In this document: positions 46,700-49,971 of the stretch, piece by piece
Layout of the letters: every line of letters starts with the position of its first letter
Position numbering within the stretch: position 1 is the stretch's first letter
Sequence record: DRR378314_1192
Strand: one strand, 5' to 3'
DNA: 49,971 nucleotides
Made by a program: the position numbers and the translations under genes
Notes under the pieces: model-generated
Database searches by the model: none
What the model saw: the letters and a program-made list of their open reading frames with translations, nothing else
What the model was told of the DNA's origin: nothing

Positions 46700-47482
46700 C
46701 TATTGCGCCACCCAGCCCCCATCGATCGACAGGTCTGCGCCATTGATCTGGTCGGCATCAGGCGAACAAAGAAAGGCGACGAACCCGCCAATCTGCTCTG
46801 CTGTCACGAACTCCTTCGTTGGCTGGGCGGCAAGCAGCACATTTTTCACCACTTCGTCGCGGGTCATACCGCGTGCCTTTGCAGTGTCGTCAATCTGGCC
46901 ATCAACCAGCGGCGTATGCACATAGCCGGGACAGACAAGATTGCACCGTACGCCGTGTTCCGCCCCTTCGAGTGCAGTCACCTTGGTCAGGCCGGCGAGG
47001 CCATGCTTGGCGGCGACGTAAGCGGCCTTGAACGGAGAGGCGACCTTGGCATGTGCGCTGCCTGTATTGATGATGCGGCCCCAGCCCTTTTCCTTCATCG
47101 GCCCGAGCGCAAGGCGCGTGGTGTGAAAAGCCGCTGACAGGTTCAGCGCCATGATCAGATCCCATTTGGCAACGGGGAAATCTTCCAGCGGAGAGACAAA
47201 TTGCGTCCCGGCATTGTTGACGAGGATGTCCACCCCGCCGAATTCCTTCGTCACATAGTCGAACATGCCTTCGATGGCGTTCGGCTTGGTCAGGTCAGCG
47301 CCTGAATAGCCAACCTGTACGCCGTGTTCCGATTGCATCTCTTTCTGGAGAGACGCAATTTCATCGGCGTCGCCGAAGCCGTTGAGCACAATATCGGCCC
47401 CGGCCTGCGCGAGCCGCTCGGCGATCGCCTTTCCAATGCCGCTGGTCGAGCCGGTAACGAGGGCGGTTTTCCCCTTGATCAT
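46700..47482 (-). CDS. 3-hydroxybutyrate dehydrogenase
   Basis: VTGSTSGIG, NNAG.Q, SAH..ASPFKAAYVAAKHG, CPGYV.TPLV..QI, DGGW. Confidence 0.93.
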   Translation of the reverse strand: MIKGKTALVTGSTSGIGKAIAERLAQAGADIVLNGFGDADEIASLQKEMQSEHGVQVGYSGADLTKPNAIEGMFDYVTKEFGGVDILVNNAGTQFVSPLEDFPVAKWDLIMALNLSAAFHTTRLALGPMKEKGWGRIINTGSAHAKVASPFKAAYVAAKHGLAGLTKVTALEGAEHGVRCNLVCPGYVHTPLVDGQIDDTAKARGMTRDEVVKNVLLAAQPTKEFVTAEQIGGFVAFLCSPDADQINGADLSIDGGWVAQ

Positions 47483-47575
47483 GAATCTGTCTCCTTGAGG
47501 CAATGGCATGCTATGGGTAGGGATAAGTATGGCTCAGTTCGGGTCAATGGAAATCAGAGGAAATGGCGAGCGTTT

Positions 47576-48007
47576 ATGGGCGGTGAGACTTTAGCTTTTG
47601 TCGAGGCCTTCCCGCGCTTCCTGGTCTGGACGGGGGCGGCCGGCATCATGTTGGTCGCTGCCAGCACGATTTATGTGCTGCTGACGCCGTGGAAGGAACT
47701 GGCGCTTGTAAAGTCCGGAAACGCCGCCGCCGGGTTCGCGCTGGCGGGCGCGATTGTCGGGCTGGCTATTCCCATCGCCTCCTGTTTGGCATCAAGCGTT
47801 ACATTGGTTGACCTCGCCATCTGGGGCATCGTGTCATTGTTGATCCAATTGCTCGTCTACCGGCTCGTGGACGTGCTGCTGACCGATATTCCACGTCGGA
47901 TCGAGGAGGAAGAAGCGGGCGCCGCCGTCGTGCTGGTGTCTGCCAAGCTGGCCTCGGCCCTGATCATTGCAGCGGGTCTTTGGGACCCGGTGCTGCAAAG
48001 GTTCTAG
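47576..48007 (+). CDS. DUF350 membrane protein
   Basis: YVLLTPWKELALVKSGNAAAG pattern; about 4 TM helices. Confidence 0.85.
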   Translation: MGGETLAFVEAFPRFLVWTGAAGIMLVAASTIYVLLTPWKELALVKSGNAAAGFALAGAIVGLAIPIASCLASSVTLVDLAIWGIVSLLIQLLVYRLVDVLLTDIPRRIEEEEAGAAVVLVSAKLASALIIAAGLWDPVLQRF

Positions 48008-48025
48008 GGGAGGGCTGGAGACTTC

Positions 48026-48847
48026 ATGCGTTCGTTCGACTGGGTGATCTATGCGTTGGTTCTGGGCGTTGTCGTCTGGACCCTGTTCTCGCGAGATCCG
48101 AAAGCGGACGCGCCGGAGCCTCCGATTGCCCAGATCGAATCAGAAGGCCCGACGCTGCCGCCGCCCTCTCCGCTGGATGAACAGGTGCTGGTGCAGGTCA
48201 GCGAACCGAAAGACGGGATCGGGACAGCTTTCGCCGTAAACACGTCGGGCCAGTGGATCACAGCGCGGCATGTCGTCGATGGATGTAATTCTGTCGGCCT
48301 GCTCGTCGCCCCCGGCCAATATGTTCCGGTCGACAGTATTGTCGTGGACCCTGATCACGACCTGGCCTTGCTGACGACAGGTCGTAGCCCGAACCCAGTG
48401 AAACTGGATCTGGAATCTCCGCTCCGGATCGGCACCTATGGCTATCATGTCGGCTATCCACAGGGGCGCCCGGGGGAAGTGGCGACCAAGCTGATGTCCC
48501 GCTCGAAACTGATCACACGGGGCCGCAGGGAAGGGGCAGAGCCCATTCTCGCCTGGGCCGAGATCGGACGCACACGCGGCCTGACCGGGCCGCTCGGGGG
48601 CATCTCCGGTGGGCCGGTGTTTGACGCGAATGGTGCGGTACGGGGCGTGATTGTCGCGGAAAGCCCGCGTCGTGGCCGCATCTATACCGCCGCGCCGACC
48701 TCTGTCGATGCCTTCCTGACCAGTCTGAGCATCAACCGCGAAGACGGTCCAACCGAAGTCTTCGCTGAAGAGACCTATGGTCCTGTATCTGATAATGCCC
48801 GCCGCCGTTTGCAGGTGGTGAAAGTGGCCTGCCGGGTGACCCCATGA
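48026..48847 (+). CDS. Membrane-anchored trypsin-like (S1) serine peptidase
   Basis: N-terminal TM; GTAF, TARHV, DLALL, GYP, GISGGP catalytic-triad motifs. Confidence 0.88.
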   Translation: MRSFDWVIYALVLGVVVWTLFSRDPKADAPEPPIAQIESEGPTLPPPSPLDEQVLVQVSEPKDGIGTAFAVNTSGQWITARHVVDGCNSVGLLVAPGQYVPVDSIVVDPDHDLALLTTGRSPNPVKLDLESPLRIGTYGYHVGYPQGRPGEVATKLMSRSKLITRGRREGAEPILAWAEIGRTRGLTGPLGGISGGPVFDANGAVRGVIVAESPRRGRIYTAAPTSVDAFLTSLSINREDGPTEVFAEETYGPVSDNARRRLQVVKVACRVTP

Positions 48848-49743
48848 CACATTTTGCTTCTCATCTCATCGCTGGCGCGCGCCAGCTGGGCCCGCTTTGC
48901 GTGGGCATTGACCCGCATCCCGGGCGCATCCCTGCCCTGTTTGGCGGCGACACACCAGACGGGCTGGCGGCCTGGGGCGAAGCCGTGGTCGCCGCAGCAG
49001 CTGGCCGCGCCTGTGTGGTGAAACCTCAAGTCGGCCTGTTCGAGCGCCATGGACCGGACGGCATGCGCGCCCTTCAGCGCGTGTGTGATGCGTCGAAAGC
49101 GGCGGGTCTCATGGTCATCACAGATGCGAAACGTGGCGACATAGGCACGACTGCCAAAGGGTATGCCGCTGCCTATCTGTCACAGGACGCGCCATTCTAT
49201 TCCGATGCTGTCACGGTGAACCCGTACATGGGCATGGACACGCTGGAGCCGTTCCTTCAACAGGCCGAAGCGAATGGAAAGGGCGTCGTCGTATTGGCGC
49301 GAACGTCCAATCCTGGGTCTGCCGATTTTCAGGCGAAGGATCTTGAAGGCGCGCCGCTTTACGCCCGCGTGGTTGAGGCACTCGCCCCCGCGATAGAGCG
49401 CCTCAAAGGCGTGGATGGCTGGTCCAGCCTTATGCTGGTGGCCGGGGCGACAGGGCCGGATGAGGCTCGCAAACTAAGGACACTCGCGCCAAAAGCCTTG
49501 TTTCTCGTGCCCGGATATGGCGCGCAGGGCGGTGGCGCGGCGGATGCGCTTGCCGGTTTTGCGGAAGTGGGCGGGCGTCTTGAAGGTGGTGTGGTGAACG
49601 CCTCGCGGTCGGTGACTTTCCCTGACGGTTCGGAGTCTGCCGCCGACAAGGCGGCGTGGATGGCTCTTGTCGAGGCTGCGATTGATACGGCGCAGGCCGA
49701 TCTCTCCACCCATGCACGGCTTGGGGCGGCAACGCCCGCCTGA
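48844..49743 (+). CDS. pyrF: Orotidine-5'-phosphate decarboxylase
   Basis: LCVGIDP, DAKRGDIGTT, TSNPGS, VAGAT, LVPGYGAQGG, NASRS. Confidence 0.96.
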   Translation: MTHFASHLIAGARQLGPLCVGIDPHPGRIPALFGGDTPDGLAAWGEAVVAAAAGRACVVKPQVGLFERHGPDGMRALQRVCDASKAAGLMVITDAKRGDIGTTAKGYAAAYLSQDAPFYSDAVTVNPYMGMDTLEPFLQQAEANGKGVVVLARTSNPGSADFQAKDLEGAPLYARVVEALAPAIERLKGVDGWSSLMLVAGATGPDEARKLRTLAPKALFLVPGYGAQGGGAADALAGFAEVGGRLEGGVVNASRSVTFPDGSESAADKAAWMALVEAAIDTAQADLSTHARLGAATPA

Positions 49744-49842
49744 CCTAAAGACAGGTCTCGACAATCGGCCTGCCTCCACTACTCTCCCACTCCAAAGCGG
49801 CATCAGACCGTCTCAAGGAAACGAACAGGGAGAGGAACCGCC

Positions 49843-49971
49843 ATGACACACTGGCAGTCCACACTGATTGCAGGGGCATCCTTTGCAATTCTCGTCGCTT
49901 GCGGGCAGGCGAAAACCGCCGATCAGGCCCCATCGGCGGAACCGGAAGCCTTCGCGGCGGTCGACACCCAG
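49843..49971 (+). CDS. Lipoprotein, N-terminal fragment running off the window
   Basis: GAGAGG RBS; MTHWQSTLIAGASFAILVACGQ... with lipobox LVAC. Confidence 0.65.
   Translation, partial: MTHWQSTLIAGASFAILVACGQAKTADQAPSAEPEAFAAVDTQ

Noticed and set aside
49744-49757. ACCT-N6-AGGT palindrome before the last partial gene
   Set aside because: Too short to distinguish from chance.
1-49971. CRISPR array, tandem repeats, IS elements, prophage
   Set aside because: No regularly spaced repeats, transposase or phage genes seen by eye.

Overview
GC-rich alphaproteobacterial chromosomal window; gene content and order suggest Caulobacterales/Hyphomonadaceae (inference). It opens inside a tRNA-Ser(GGA) and is mostly housekeeping: trpF-trpB-cutA-trpA-accD-folC, coaBC, ubiB/ubiE, mutM, gshB, rsfS-rlmH, mutS/maeB, an aldehyde dehydrogenase, an MFS pump, a peptidase-RimK fusion, ethylmalonyl-CoA pathway genes (ecm, ccrA), a GT2/ArnT-like pair, a TonB receptor, regB-regA/senC, 3-hydroxybutyrate dehydrogenase and pyrF. 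I found no integrase, transposase, prophage or CRISPR array. The most interesting element is a four-gene minus-strand metal-handling operon (46645-44807). It is led by a secreted Cys/Met-rich leader ending in PEPPPPRV, whose last codons can base-pair with the Shine-Dalgarno of the next gene, like CutF/CruR ribosome-stalling copper sensors. The genes it would control are an unknown outer-membrane protein, a periplasmic HMA protein and a MerT-like membrane protein, converging on the copper chaperone senC. Also notable: two unannotated small membrane proteins behind EcfG/SigT-like stress promoters, and shared TGC-N3-GCA palindromes before ecm and ccrA. Start codons were often moved from the ORF track using RBS or protein-context evidence.
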